Assembly (NCBI GenBank): GCA_035648415.1
Contig: DASRLO010000041.1
Coordinates: forward strand, 20,966-84,965
Source of the DNA: Stellaceae bacterium
GTDB taxonomy: Bacteria; Pseudomonadota; Alphaproteobacteria; ATCC43930; CGMCC-115725
Direction: 5' to 3'
Length of the DNA: 64,000 nucleotides
Each line of letters opens with the position of its first letter. Positions within the stretch are counted from its first letter, which is position 1. A model generated the notes under the pieces. The model made no database searches. It was given only the letters and a program-made list of their open reading frames with translations, and was not told the origin of the DNA. Of this stretch, positions 1 to 8,637 are shown one piece after another. The translations under genes were made by a program, and so were the position numbers.

Positions 1-69
1 GCCTTCGTCGGCCCGCCGGTTCGGGCCAACTTCCCCGCCCGTTTGCGGGGGTTATGGTATTTGCGCCGG

Positions 70-113
70 CGCGCCCTTCCCCCCGCAAGCGGGGAAGGAT
101 TGGGGCGGGCGCG
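70..113. repeat. GC-rich palindromic dispersed repeat (family D), copy 1
   Basis: The core ccttccccccgc-aag-cggggaagg can form a hairpin and is followed by attgggg. Related cores recur at 31191-31241, 31254-31295 and, inverted and partial, at 63557-63586. This copy ends 1 nt before the regulator ATG at 114. Confidence 0.75.
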
Positions 114-806
114 ATGAAACTTCTCGTCGTCGAGGACGACCGCGAGACCGCCGCCTATCTCGTCAAGGGCCTTTCCGAAAGCGGCTATACCGTCGATCAG
201 TCGGGCGACGGGCGCGAGGGTCTTTACCTCGCGAGTTCCGGCAGCTACGACGCGATCATCCTAGATCGCATGCTGCCGGGGATGGACGGGTTGGCGCTGG
301 TGGGCGCGCTGCGCGCCGCCGAGATCGGCACCCCCTCATTGATTCTCTCGGCCTTGGGCAGCGTCGACGACCGGGTCAAGGGGTTGAAGGCCGGCGGCGA
401 CGACTACCTCGTCAAGCCGTTCGCGTTCAGCGAGCTGCTGGCGCGGGTGGAGGCGCTGCTGCGGCGCGGCGCCGCCGGCACGCCGACGACAAAGCTGCGC
501 GTCGCCGACCTCGAGCTCGACCTGTTGGCCCGCTCGGTCAAGCGCGGCGAAGCGGCGATCGATTTGTTGCCGCGCGAGTTCCAGCTGCTCGAATATTTGA
601 TGCGCAACACCGGCCATGTGGTGACCCGCACGATGCTGCTGGAGCACGTCTGGGACTACCATTTCGATCCGCAGACAAATGTCATCGACGTGCATGTGAG
701 CCGCCTGCGGCAAAAGATCGACCGCAATTTCGAGCGGCCGCTATTGCATACCGTGCGCGGCGCCGGCTATTGCCTGCGCGCCTCCGCGGAGCCGCCATCG
801 TCGTGA
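114..806 (+). CDS. OmpR/PhoB-family two-component response regulator
   Basis: Lies in ORF 54..806. Receiver motifs are MKLLVVEDD, DAIILDRMLPGMDG and KAGGDDYLVKPF. The C-terminal winged helix reads LLPREFQLLEYLM...TVRGAGY. The ATG at 114 is preferred because the upstream residues translate the repeat at 70-113. Confidence 0.9.
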   Translation: MKLLVVEDDRETAAYLVKGLSESGYTVDQSGDGREGLYLASSGSYDAIILDRMLPGMDGLALVGALRAAEIGTPSLILSALGSVDDRVKGLKAGGDDYLVKPFAFSELLARVEALLRRGAAGTPTTKLRVADLELDLLARSVKRGEAAIDLLPREFQLLEYLMRNTGHVVTRTMLLEHVWDYHFDPQTNVIDVHVSRLRQKIDRNFERPLLHTVRGAGYCLRASAEPPSS

Positions 807-811
807 ACGGC

Positions 812-1252
812 CTATCCAGCCAGCACAGCAGGGTGGAGCACCTCCACCCTATAGCGGCTGAAATCGCCGGTGTTGAAAGTGAGGATTCGTGGCACGCGAT
901 GAACCAGCATCGCCGCGACCAGCCGCGCATCGTGCACTTTTGCGCCGACCACCCGGTGGCGCAGCACCAGCCCTTTCCACCGCTCGTAGAGGGCGGGAAT
1001 ATCGGGAAGCAGAACCAGGAGCTGTTCGATCTTCGCGATTTCGGCCGCGGTCGCGGCCACCGAGAACCCCATGCCGTTATGCGCCACAGGGCGGGTCGCG
1101 ACATTCCAGAACTCGGACATGTTCTGGGGGGTGACGTGCACTGCTTCGCCTGCCTCTAGTAATCGCGCAACGCTTTCTACGGCAACGCCGTGATGTTCAT
1201 GGGCAGGCTGGGTCCGGCGGAGGAGGACGTTGGTGTCAAGCAGAACGCTCAT
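812..1252 (-). CDS. vapC: PIN-domain ribonuclease toxin (VapC-like)
   Basis: 146 aa. PIN acidic residues sit in LLDTNVLL, SEFWNV, VHDARL and FNTGDF. Its ATG overlaps the stop of the upstream ORF (ATGA at 1250-1254). Confidence 0.85.
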   Translation of the reverse strand: MSVLLDTNVLLRRTQPAHEHHGVAVESVARLLEAGEAVHVTPQNMSEFWNVATRPVAHNGMGFSVAATAAEIAKIEQLLVLLPDIPALYERWKGLVLRHRVVGAKVHDARLVAAMLVHRVPRILTFNTGDFSRYRVEVLHPAVLAG

Positions 1253-1710
1253 CAGCCGCGTTCGCTGTAAAGCACCTCACGGCCGATCGCCTCGTCCGGC
1301 AGCGGTTTGGTGTGAGGCAAACCATGCACCGCCTCACGCCAGGCAGCGGCACGTTGTGCCGGAGAGAGCTGCGCCTTCGGTCTGGCACCGTGTCTGTTAC
1401 CGGCCGACTGCGCAGTCGGCCGGTAAACCATGCCAGTCGAGAATAGATTTCCGGGTGCGACCCGCCGTTTCTTCCACACGGTGAAACCCTGGTGTTCGAG
1501 AATTTCCCGGACCCAGCGGCCGATGGTCTTCTTGACCTGGTCCTGCCGCACCTCGGGGCCGAGCGCTGCCAGTTGCTTGCCAATCGCCTGCACCGCCGGC
1601 ATCTGATGTCGGGAAAAAACGACCATGTCGCCGATAGCTTGCGGATTGTCGATGACCGCACCGACCCGCTCGCCGAGAGTCGAGGACTTGAAGCTGTCGA
1701 GGCCGAACAT
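1252..1710 (-). CDS. Antitoxin-position protein of the PIN module (atypically long, family not recognised)
   Basis: ORF 1252..1752, with a 4-nt ATGA overlap onto vapC. The ATG at 1710 (MFGLD...) is preferred because an inverted repeat occupies 1727-1749. At about 152 aa it is much longer than typical VapB antitoxins. Confidence 0.6.
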   Translation of the reverse strand: MFGLDSFKSSTLGERVGAVIDNPQAIGDMVVFSRHQMPAVQAIGKQLAALGPEVRQDQVKKTIGRWVREILEHQGFTVWKKRRVAPGNLFSTGMVYRPTAQSAGNRHGARPKAQLSPAQRAAAWREAVHGLPHTKPLPDEAIGREVLYSERG

Positions 1711-1726
1711 CCCACCGCCCGTTATA

Positions 1727-1749
1727 TTAGGTTGCAATTCGCAATCTAA
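1727..1749 (-). promoter_or_regulatory. Imperfect inverted repeat, candidate operator of the TA module
   Basis: The sequence is ttaggttgc-aattc-gcaatctaa, with 8 of 9 arm positions complementary. It lies 17 nt upstream of the preferred antitoxin start, in a locally AT-richer stretch. Confidence 0.4.
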
Positions 1750-1881
1750 CATAACGCGGCTTTATGTCAACCGCCTCTCCGCGAGGTCTTTTAACGCAGC
1801 ACCAAACACGCCGGGAGGTGCTGGAGCGAACAGCACCTATATTTATTCCCGAACGGATAGAGACCCCGCCGCAACATCGAC

Positions 1882-3324
1882 ATGGCCGCCGAACATCATA
1901 TCGTTGCCGCTTTGCCGCGCCGCCGCGGACTAGCGGCGATGCGTCCGCTGTTGCCGCATCTGCGCCGGCTGCTCAAGACGCATGCGTTGCGGCTTGCCGC
2001 GCTCTATTTCGCGGTGTTCGCGGTTTCGGTGCTCGGGGTGCTGCTGTTCGTCTATTGGTCGAGCGCCGATTTTGTCGAAGGCCAGACGCAAGCGACGCTC
2101 GACGCCGAAATCGCCGGCCTCGCCGAGCAATACGCCCAGCGCGGGCTCTCCGGCCTCGTGCAGATCGTCGCCGCGCGCAGCGCCGGCGACCGCGGCGACG
2201 GTGTGCTCTACCTGGTGACCAACCCCGACGGCCACCCGCTCGCCGGCAACATCACCGGCTGGCCCGCGGGGACGCCGGTCGCGCCGGGCGCAGTCGCCTT
2301 CAACGTCGCGGTCAAGGTCAAGGGCGAGACCCAGATGCGCCCGGCCCAAGGCGCGCTGATCGTCATTCCCGACGGATACCGCCTCTTGGTCGCGCGCGAC
2401 ATCAGCGACGCGGCTTTGTTCCGCGAGCGGATCAAATTGACGCTGGTCTGGTCGGGGCTGGTCGCGCTCATCGTCGGCCTTATCGGCGGCGCGGTGATGA
2501 GCCGCAACCTGTTGCGCCGGGTCGAGCAGGTCAACCGCACCGCCGAGCGGGTGATGGGCGGCAACCTCTCCGACCGGGTGCCGCTCAAGGGCACCAGCGA
2601 TGAATTCGACCAGCTCGCCGCCAACCTCAACAACATGCTCGAGCAGATCGAGCGGCTGATGGCGGGGATGCGCGAGGTGTCGGACAATATCGCGCACGAT
2701 CTGCGCACGCCGCTCGCTCGGCTGCGCGCGCGGCTTGAGCTCAGCCTCACCGGCGCGCCGGAGGACGGTGCGGCAACCGAGGCGGTGCGCGCCGCGATCG
2801 ACGAGGCCGACCGGCTGCTCGCCACCTTCAACGCGCTCTTAAACATCGCCGAGGCCGAATCGGGCGCCCGCCGTAACGCGGCGGAGCCCCTGGACCTGGC
2901 GCAGGCCGCGCGTGCCGCGGCCGAGCTTTACGAGCCGGTCGCCGAGGAGAAAGGCTGCGCGCTGACGCTCGAAATCGACCCCGGGATTATGATCCGCGGC
3001 GACCGTCACCTTCTATCGCAGGCGGTCGCCAATCTGCTCGACAACGCGCTCAAATACGGCGGCGGCCAGGTCACCCTGTCGGCGCACCAGCAGGATGGGC
3101 GCGCGGCATTGGAGGTATCGGACAGCGGGCCCGGCATCCCCGAGGGCGAGCGCGAAGCGGTGTTCGACCGCTTCGTCCGGCTGGAGCCCAGCCGCACTAC
3201 GCCCGGCAACGGTTTGGGGCTGAGCCTGGTGCGCGCCGTCGCCCAGCTGCACAACGGCACGGTCGCGCTGGGCGACAATGAGCCCGGGCTGAAAGTCCGG
3301 TTGGAATTCGCGGCGCTGGGTTAA
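1882..3324 (+). CDS. Sensor histidine kinase (two TM segments, HAMP, HisKA, HATPase_c)
   Basis: 480 aa. The H-box is SDNIAHDLRTPLARL, the N-box is LLDNALKYG, and the G-boxes are DSGPGIP and GNGLGLSLV. The start could instead be M20 at 1939. Confidence 0.9.
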   Translation: MAAEHHIVAALPRRRGLAAMRPLLPHLRRLLKTHALRLAALYFAVFAVSVLGVLLFVYWSSADFVEGQTQATLDAEIAGLAEQYAQRGLSGLVQIVAARSAGDRGDGVLYLVTNPDGHPLAGNITGWPAGTPVAPGAVAFNVAVKVKGETQMRPAQGALIVIPDGYRLLVARDISDAALFRERIKLTLVWSGLVALIVGLIGGAVMSRNLLRRVEQVNRTAERVMGGNLSDRVPLKGTSDEFDQLAANLNNMLEQIERLMAGMREVSDNIAHDLRTPLARLRARLELSLTGAPEDGAATEAVRAAIDEADRLLATFNALLNIAEAESGARRNAAEPLDLAQAARAAAELYEPVAEEKGCALTLEIDPGIMIRGDRHLLSQAVANLLDNALKYGGGQVTLSAHQQDGRAALEVSDSGPGIPEGEREAVFDRFVRLEPSRTTPGNGLGLSLVRAVAQLHNGTVALGDNEPGLKVRLEFAALG

Positions 3325-3326
3325 AT

Positions 3327-3500
3327 TTACTCGCCTTCGCCTTCGCGCGACAGGCGGACCCGCTCGCCGGTTTCGATCATCAGGTCATGGAACCGCTCGC
3401 GGTCGTAGCCGGCGCTTTCCAGCACCGGACGCATGATGTCGTCGGCGAGCAGCTCGTCGAGGCTCGGCTCGTTGCGGCAGCATTCCGTGCGTGCGGCCAT
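3327..3500 (-). CDS. Small hypothetical protein (57 aa), below the ORF-track cutoff
   Basis: My own translation is MAARTECCRNEPSLDELLADDIMRPVLESAGYDRERFHDLMIETGERVRLSREGEGE. The ATG at 3500 is preceded by GGAGGGAAGC, a strong SD, and the TAA stop is at 3327-3329. Composition looks coding rather than GC-artefact. Confidence 0.5.
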   Translation of the reverse strand: MAARTECCRNEPSLDELLADDIMRPVLESAGYDRERFHDLMIETGERVRLSREGEGE

Positions 3501-3718
3501 GCTTCCCTCCTATTTCCTCTGTTATAGGGACCCTAGGGGCAAAGCATGGCCGCAATATGACGAGCGCCCGGAAATTTCGCGGCATTTTGTGCGTCTCGTC
3601 GCCGCAATTTCGACAAAATGGATAGCGGTCATCTGCCGCCTGCTTTCGCACCGCCGGAACTTCCTTTAAGTATCAACACCGACCGACCGTTGCTTCCGTA
3701 CCTTCGTCGAGGCGCCGT

Positions 3719-6442
3719 GTGATCGCCGCGATTATCGCCCGCCTTGTCGATTTCAGCCGTCGCCACGCCGCCGCCAACGCTATCGCGGCGGTGGTGCTTA
3801 CGGTCCTCGCCGGCTGGTATGCGGCCGGACACCTGGCGATCAACACCGATATCGAGAAACTACTGCCGAGCGATCTGCCGTGGCGGCAAAACGAGATCGC
3901 GCTCGACCAGGCGTTTCCGCAGAACGCCAATCTGCTGGCGGTCGTGATCGACGGGGCCAACGGCGACATCGCCAACGACGCGGCGCAGCGCCTGGCCGAC
4001 CGGCTCACGGCCGAGCCGCAGCTGTTCCGCAATGTGCGGCGGCCCGACGGCGGGCCGTTTTTCGACCGCAACGGGCTCCTCTATCTGTCGCTCGACGAGC
4101 TCGATGCGCTGTCGCAGCAGCTCGTCGCGGCGCAACCGCTGATCGGCAGCCTCTCGGCCGACCCCAGCCTGCGGGGCCTGTTCGATACCCTCAAACTGTT
4201 CGTCGACGGCGCGACCCGCGGCGATTTCGAGATCGGTAAGCTCGATCCGACGCTGGTCAAGATCGCCGAAATCATCGAGAGCGTCGCCGCCGGCAAGCCG
4301 CAGAGCCTCTCGTGGCAGCAGGTGTTGACCGGCGCCAAGCCCAATCGGCGCGAGCTGCGCCATTTCGTGTTGGCGCAGCCGGTGCTCGATTACAGCGCGC
4401 TCGAACCGGGGCTCAAGGCGACCGAGGAAGTGCGCCGGGTCGCGCACGAACTGGGGTTGGAGCCGCAAGCCGGCGTGCGGGTGCGGATCACCGGCCCGGT
4501 CGCGCTCGACGACGAGCAGTTCGCGGCCTTGCAGCAAGGCGCGCTGCGCTCGATCCTGCTGTCGGTCGGGTCGGTTTGCGTCATCCTGCTCGTCGGGCTG
4601 CGCTCGCCTCGCCTGGTGCTGGCGATCCTCGCGACGGTCACCGCGGGGCTGGTGCTGACCGCCGGTTTCGCGGCGCTGGTCATCGGCTCGTTGAACCTGG
4701 TTTCGGTGGCGTTCGGGGTTCTGTTCATCGGCCTCGCGGTCGATTTCAGTATCCAGTTCTCGATCCGCTACCGCGATCAGCGGCACCGTCTGGGCACGCT
4801 CGCCGCCGCGCTCGGCGCCGCCGCGACGACGATCGGACCCTCGCTGGCGCTGGCCGCCGCCGCGACCGCGATCGGTTTTCTCTCCTTCGTGCCGACCCCC
4901 TATGTCGGGGTGCGCGAATTGGGCTGGATCGCCGGCGCCGGCATGGTGATCGCGATCCTCCTCAATTTCCTGCTGCTGCCGGCGCTGCTGGCCCTGCTGC
5001 GGCCGCGCGCCGAGCCGGAAGCGATCGGCTTCGCTCGCGCCGCGCCGCTCGACCGCTGGCTGATGAGGCGCCGTCCGTGGGTCATCGCCGGGGCGGTTGT
5101 TTTGGCCGTCATCAGCCTCGCGCTGTTGCCGAGGGTGACGTTCGATTTCGACCCGCTCGACCTCAAGGACCCGAACAGCGAGGCGATGCAGACCGCGTTC
5201 GACCTGATGCGCGACCCGCAGACAACGCCCTATACCGCCGAGATACTGGCGCCGTCGCTCGATGCGGCGACCGCGCTCGCCGACAAGATCGGCGGCCTGC
5301 CCGAGGTCGCGCAGGTCGTCACCGCCGCGAGCTTCATCCCTTCGAATCAGGACAAGAAGCTCGCGATCCTCTCCGATCTGGCGCTGCTGGTGGGACCGAG
5401 CCTCGCGCCGGTCAGCAAGAAGGCGCCGCCGAGCGATGCCGAGGTGATGGCGTCGATCGCCCAATGCCGCGACGCGCTCAAGACATTCGCCGCCGCCCAC
5501 CCCGACGCCAAACCCGCCGCGCGCCTCGCCGAGGCGCTGGACAAGGCGGTCGCCCGAGGGCCGCAGACCGTCCCCGAGCTCGACAAGGCGCTGCTGTCCG
5601 GGCTGCTGCACCGGCTCGACCTGCTCGGCCAGCTGCTGCAGGCGAAGCCGATCGCGCTCGCCGATTTGCCCGCCGATTTGCGCGCGAGCTGGATCGCCCC
5701 GGACGGAGCGGCGCGGGTGGAGGTGTTCCCCACGGGCAATGCCCGCGACCCGGCGGTGCTGCGGGCGTTCGTCGCCGCCCTGCATCGCATCGCGCCGCAG
5801 GCCACCGGCGTCCCGGTGACGATCCAGGAATCGGGGCGTCTGATCAGCTCGTCGTTTGTCGAGGCCGGGATCATCGCGGTCATCGCAATCATCCTGCTGC
5901 TCGCAATGGTGCTGCGGCGGGCGCGCGATGTGGCGATGGTCGTCGCGCCGCTGCTGCTCGCGGCGCTGTTGACCTTGGCGATCACCGTGATCGCCGGCAT
6001 GAAGCTGAACTATGCCAACATCATCGCGCTGCCGCTGCTGCTCGGCATCGGCGTCGCCTTCGACATCTATTTCGTAATGAACTGGCGCGCCGGGCTGGGC
6101 GATCATCTGCAATCGTCGACCGCGCGCGGCGTCGTGTTCAGCGCGCTGACGACAATGTGCGCGTTCGGCAGCCTGATGCTGTCGCCCGACCCCGGCTCGG
6201 CCGAGATGGGCAAGCTGTTGACGGTGTCGCTGGCGACGACGGTGTTCTGCACGCTCTTCGTGCTGCCCGCCCTGCTCGGGCCGGCTAGCGCGCCAGATCG
6301 CGGTAGCGCGCGAGACCCAGCCCAAGTTCCTCGACCAGCCGGCGCACGCGCGGGCTCACCAGCGCCGCGAGCTCCTCGGCCTGGCGGTAGCCCGGGACCG
6401 AAGCGGAAGCGCCGGAAGCGGGGTGGCAATAAATCTCGCTGA
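3719..6442 (+). CDS. hpnN: Hopanoid-associated RND/MMPL-type transporter HpnN
   Basis: 907 aa with a GTG start and two blocks of TM helices separated by large soluble domains. It lies in the hopanoid cluster. The last ~52 aa are Arg/Pro-rich and overlap hpnK on the opposite strand. Confidence 0.85.
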   Translation: MIAAIIARLVDFSRRHAAANAIAAVVLTVLAGWYAAGHLAINTDIEKLLPSDLPWRQNEIALDQAFPQNANLLAVVIDGANGDIANDAAQRLADRLTAEPQLFRNVRRPDGGPFFDRNGLLYLSLDELDALSQQLVAAQPLIGSLSADPSLRGLFDTLKLFVDGATRGDFEIGKLDPTLVKIAEIIESVAAGKPQSLSWQQVLTGAKPNRRELRHFVLAQPVLDYSALEPGLKATEEVRRVAHELGLEPQAGVRVRITGPVALDDEQFAALQQGALRSILLSVGSVCVILLVGLRSPRLVLAILATVTAGLVLTAGFAALVIGSLNLVSVAFGVLFIGLAVDFSIQFSIRYRDQRHRLGTLAAALGAAATTIGPSLALAAAATAIGFLSFVPTPYVGVRELGWIAGAGMVIAILLNFLLLPALLALLRPRAEPEAIGFARAAPLDRWLMRRRPWVIAGAVVLAVISLALLPRVTFDFDPLDLKDPNSEAMQTAFDLMRDPQTTPYTAEILAPSLDAATALADKIGGLPEVAQVVTAASFIPSNQDKKLAILSDLALLVGPSLAPVSKKAPPSDAEVMASIAQCRDALKTFAAAHPDAKPAARLAEALDKAVARGPQTVPELDKALLSGLLHRLDLLGQLLQAKPIALADLPADLRASWIAPDGAARVEVFPTGNARDPAVLRAFVAALHRIAPQATGVPVTIQESGRLISSSFVEAGIIAVIAIILLLAMVLRRARDVAMVVAPLLLAALLTLAITVIAGMKLNYANIIALPLLLGIGVAFDIYFVMNWRAGLGDHLQSSTARGVVFSALTTMCAFGSLMLSPDPGSAEMGKLLTVSLATTVFCTLFVLPALLGPASAPDRGSARDPAQVPRPAGARAGSPAPRAPRPGGSPGPKRKRRKRGGNKSR

Positions 6443-7127
6443 CCCCGCCCGGCAGATGCGGCAACAGAGCGAGCCAGCGGTGCTCGACCATCGCGCCACT
6501 CCAGGCGAGGCCGAAAACCTGCTCGTTGCGCATGAGCCCGGCGCGGTCGAGCCGCCGGCGCAGCGATGCGATAACCGGCGACCAGGCCGGCGCCCTTCGC
6601 GGTTCGTCGGGAAAGGCGCGGCGCAGCGGCTCGGCCGGCTCGTCCGGCAGGCGCACCGCGCGCAGGCCGTAATCGCCGCCGATCGCGACGACAAGGCGGC
6701 CGACGGTCGGATGCAAATGAATGTGCTTGTGGCCGTTGATGTGGTCGAGCGGGAGGCCGGTGGCGCGGAATGCCTCGAACTGGGCGCGGATCTCGGCGGC
6801 GAGCTGGCGTCGCGCGGCGGGCGAGAAATAGAAGCGGAAACCGGCGCGCACCATGTTCGGGTCGAACTTGCCGTCGCCGCCGACCAGCGCCGGCACCGCG
6901 CTCGCCGGCAGCACCGGCGCCCCGTCCGCCAGCACCAGATGCAGTCCGACGCCGAGCGCCGGCAGAAGCCGCGCCCGCGCCACGGCATCGCCGGCGCCGG
7001 GCGCGCCGACCATCAGGCTCGCGGTCGTCAGGATGCCGTCGCGGTGGGCTTGTTCGACCGCCGCGTTGACCGCGAGGTCGCGGCCGAAATCGTCAGCGCA
7101 AACGATGAGCTGTCGCAGGGTTGCCAT
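6285..7127 (-). CDS. hpnK: YdjC-like deacetylase HpnK
   Basis: 280 aa. The YdjC-type N-terminus is LIVCADDFGRDLAVNAAV...GILTTASLMV, and it carries HINGHKHIHLHP. It is adjacent to hpnJ and hpnI. Confidence 0.85.
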   Translation of the reverse strand: MATLRQLIVCADDFGRDLAVNAAVEQAHRDGILTTASLMVGAPGAGDAVARARLLPALGVGLHLVLADGAPVLPASAVPALVGGDGKFDPNMVRAGFRFYFSPAARRQLAAEIRAQFEAFRATGLPLDHINGHKHIHLHPTVGRLVVAIGGDYGLRAVRLPDEPAEPLRRAFPDEPRRAPAWSPVIASLRRRLDRAGLMRNEQVFGLAWSGAMVEHRWLALLPHLPGGVSEIYCHPASGASASVPGYRQAEELAALVSPRVRRLVEELGLGLARYRDLAR

Positions 7128-7206
7128 GGGAGGTTGCGGTAACGCTTGCCGGCGCGCAGCGCCACTTATTTTGCGGCTCCGCCGCGATCACCGCCGGGAT
7201 GGAGAA

Positions 7207-8637
7207 TCAGCCCGCCATCTCGCGGTGGCGCAGGAACTGGAAGAATTCGACGCCTTCGCGCAGCCGGCGGCGCATCATCTCGGGGCTCTTCAGCATCTCG
7301 CCGACCAAGGAGGCGATCTTCTTCCGGCGGAAATAGAAGCGCTTGTAGAAGGTCTCGACCGAATCGAAGATTTCGGTGTGCGAGAGATGCTCGTAATGCA
7401 GCGGCGCGATCTGCACGCCGCGATCGTCGATCAACTCGGCATGCGCGGTATCGAGCCAGCCGTTCTCGACCGCCTGGCGGTAGAGCTCGGTGCCGGGATA
7501 GGGCGCGGCCAGCGACACCTGGATCGTGTGCGGGTTGATGTCGGCGGCAAAGTTGATGGTTTCCTCGATCGTCTCCTTGGTCTCGCCGGGGAGGCCGAGG
7601 ATGAAGGTGCCATGGATCGTGATGCCGAGCTCGTGGCAATCCTTGGTGAAGCGGCGCGCGACGTCGACCCGCATGCCCTTCTTGATGTTGTAGAGGATCT
7701 GCTGATTGCCGGTCTCGTAGCCGACCAAAAGCAGGCGCAGCCCGTTGTCGCGCAGCACTTCGAGCGTCGCGCGCGGCACGTTGGCCTTGGCGTTGCACGA
7801 CCACATGACGCCCAGTTTGCCGAGCTCCTTGGCAATCGCCTCGGCGCGCGGCAGGTTGTCGGTAAAGGTGTCGTCGTCGAAGAAGAACTCCTTGACCTGC
7901 GGGAAGGAGTCCTTCGCCCGGCGGATCTCCTCGACCACATGCGCGACGCTGCGCACCCGGTAGCGGTGCCCGCCCACCGTCTGCGGCCACAGGCAGAAGG
8001 TGCAGCGCGACTTGCAGCCGCGTCCGGTGTAGAGCGACACGTAAGGGTGCTTGAGATAGCCGATAAAGTAGTCCTCGATCCGCAGGTCGCGCTTGTAGAC
8101 CTCGGTCACGAACGGCAGCTCGTCCATGTTTTCCAGGATCGCGCGCTCGCGGTTGTGGATCGGCGCCCCGTCCGGCCCGCGATAGCTGAGCCCGTCGATA
8201 TCGGCAAAGGCGCGGCCCTCGGCGACTTGCTTGATCGTGAAGTCGAATTCCTCACGGGCGACGAAATCGACCGCGCTCGACGCGGTGAGGCTGGCATCCG
8301 GCTCGACCGCGACCTTGGCGCCGACGAAGCCGATCTTGAGCTTGGGGTTGGCGTCCTTCAGCGCCTCGGCGACCTTGACGTCGCTGGCGAAAGACGGGGT
8401 CGAGGTGTGCATCACCGCCAGCTCGTAGTCGCCCGCCTGCCGCAGCACGGCATCGAGCCGCAGCCGCGCGGGCGGAGCGTCGATCAGCTTCGAATCCGGC
8501 ACCAGCGCGGCCGGCTGGGCGAGCCAGGTCGGAAACCAGAACGAGCGGATCTCGCGCTTGGCCTGATAGCGCGAGCCGGCGCCGCCGTCGAACCCGTCAA
8601 ACGACGGCGGCTGCAGGAACAAGGTTTTCATCATCAC
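7207..8637 (-). CDS. hpnJ: B12-binding radical SAM protein HpnJ
   Basis: 476 aa. The radical-SAM cysteine motif is GRGCKSRCTFCLWP, preceded by a B12-binding-like N-terminal domain. Its start region (GTGATGATG) overlaps the hpnI stop. Confidence 0.9.
   Translation of the reverse strand: MMMKTLFLQPPSFDGFDGGAGSRYQAKREIRSFWFPTWLAQPAALVPDSKLIDAPPARLRLDAVLRQAGDYELAVMHTSTPSFASDVKVAEALKDANPKLKIGFVGAKVAVEPDASLTASSAVDFVAREEFDFTIKQVAEGRAFADIDGLSYRGPDGAPIHNRERAILENMDELPFVTEVYKRDLRIEDYFIGYLKHPYVSLYTGRGCKSRCTFCLWPQTVGGHRYRVRSVAHVVEEIRRAKDSFPQVKEFFFDDDTFTDNLPRAEAIAKELGKLGVMWSCNAKANVPRATLEVLRDNGLRLLLVGYETGNQQILYNIKKGMRVDVARRFTKDCHELGITIHGTFILGLPGETKETIEETINFAADINPHTIQVSLAAPYPGTELYRQAVENGWLDTAHAELIDDRGVQIAPLHYEHLSHTEIFDSVETFYKRFYFRRKKIASLVGEMLKSPEMMRRRLREGVEFFQFLRHREMAG

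Noticed and set aside
806-1859. Short direct repeat gaacgg flanking the TA insertion (near 808 and 1850), considered as a possible target-site duplication.
   Set aside because: Only 6 nt match. That is far too short to distinguish from chance in a 64-kb GC-rich window.
3385-3651. 88-aa ORF on the minus strand overlapping the small-ORF region.
   Set aside because: It is in a different frame from the SD-preceded 57-aa ORF, has Arg-rich artefact-like composition, and has no ribosome-binding site.
3656-3691. Possible EcfG-type general-stress promoter (GGAAC ... CGTT) upstream of hpnN.
   Set aside because: GGAAC (3656-3660) and CGTT (3688-3691) are separated by 27 nt, not the 16-17 nt required. 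This looks like a chance occurrence.
3860-6325. Very long antisense ORFs. Examples are 3860..6325 (821 aa), 6853..9036, 14632..16482, 21011..22612, 25055..26455, 28396..30840, 35468..38350 (960 aa), 48306..50504 and 50658..52121.
   Set aside because: Each lies opposite a gene with unmistakable family motifs. Each has Arg/Gly/Pro/Ala/Asp-dominated composition with no recognisable motifs. Stop codons are rare in all frames at this GC content, so ORF length is not evidence of coding.
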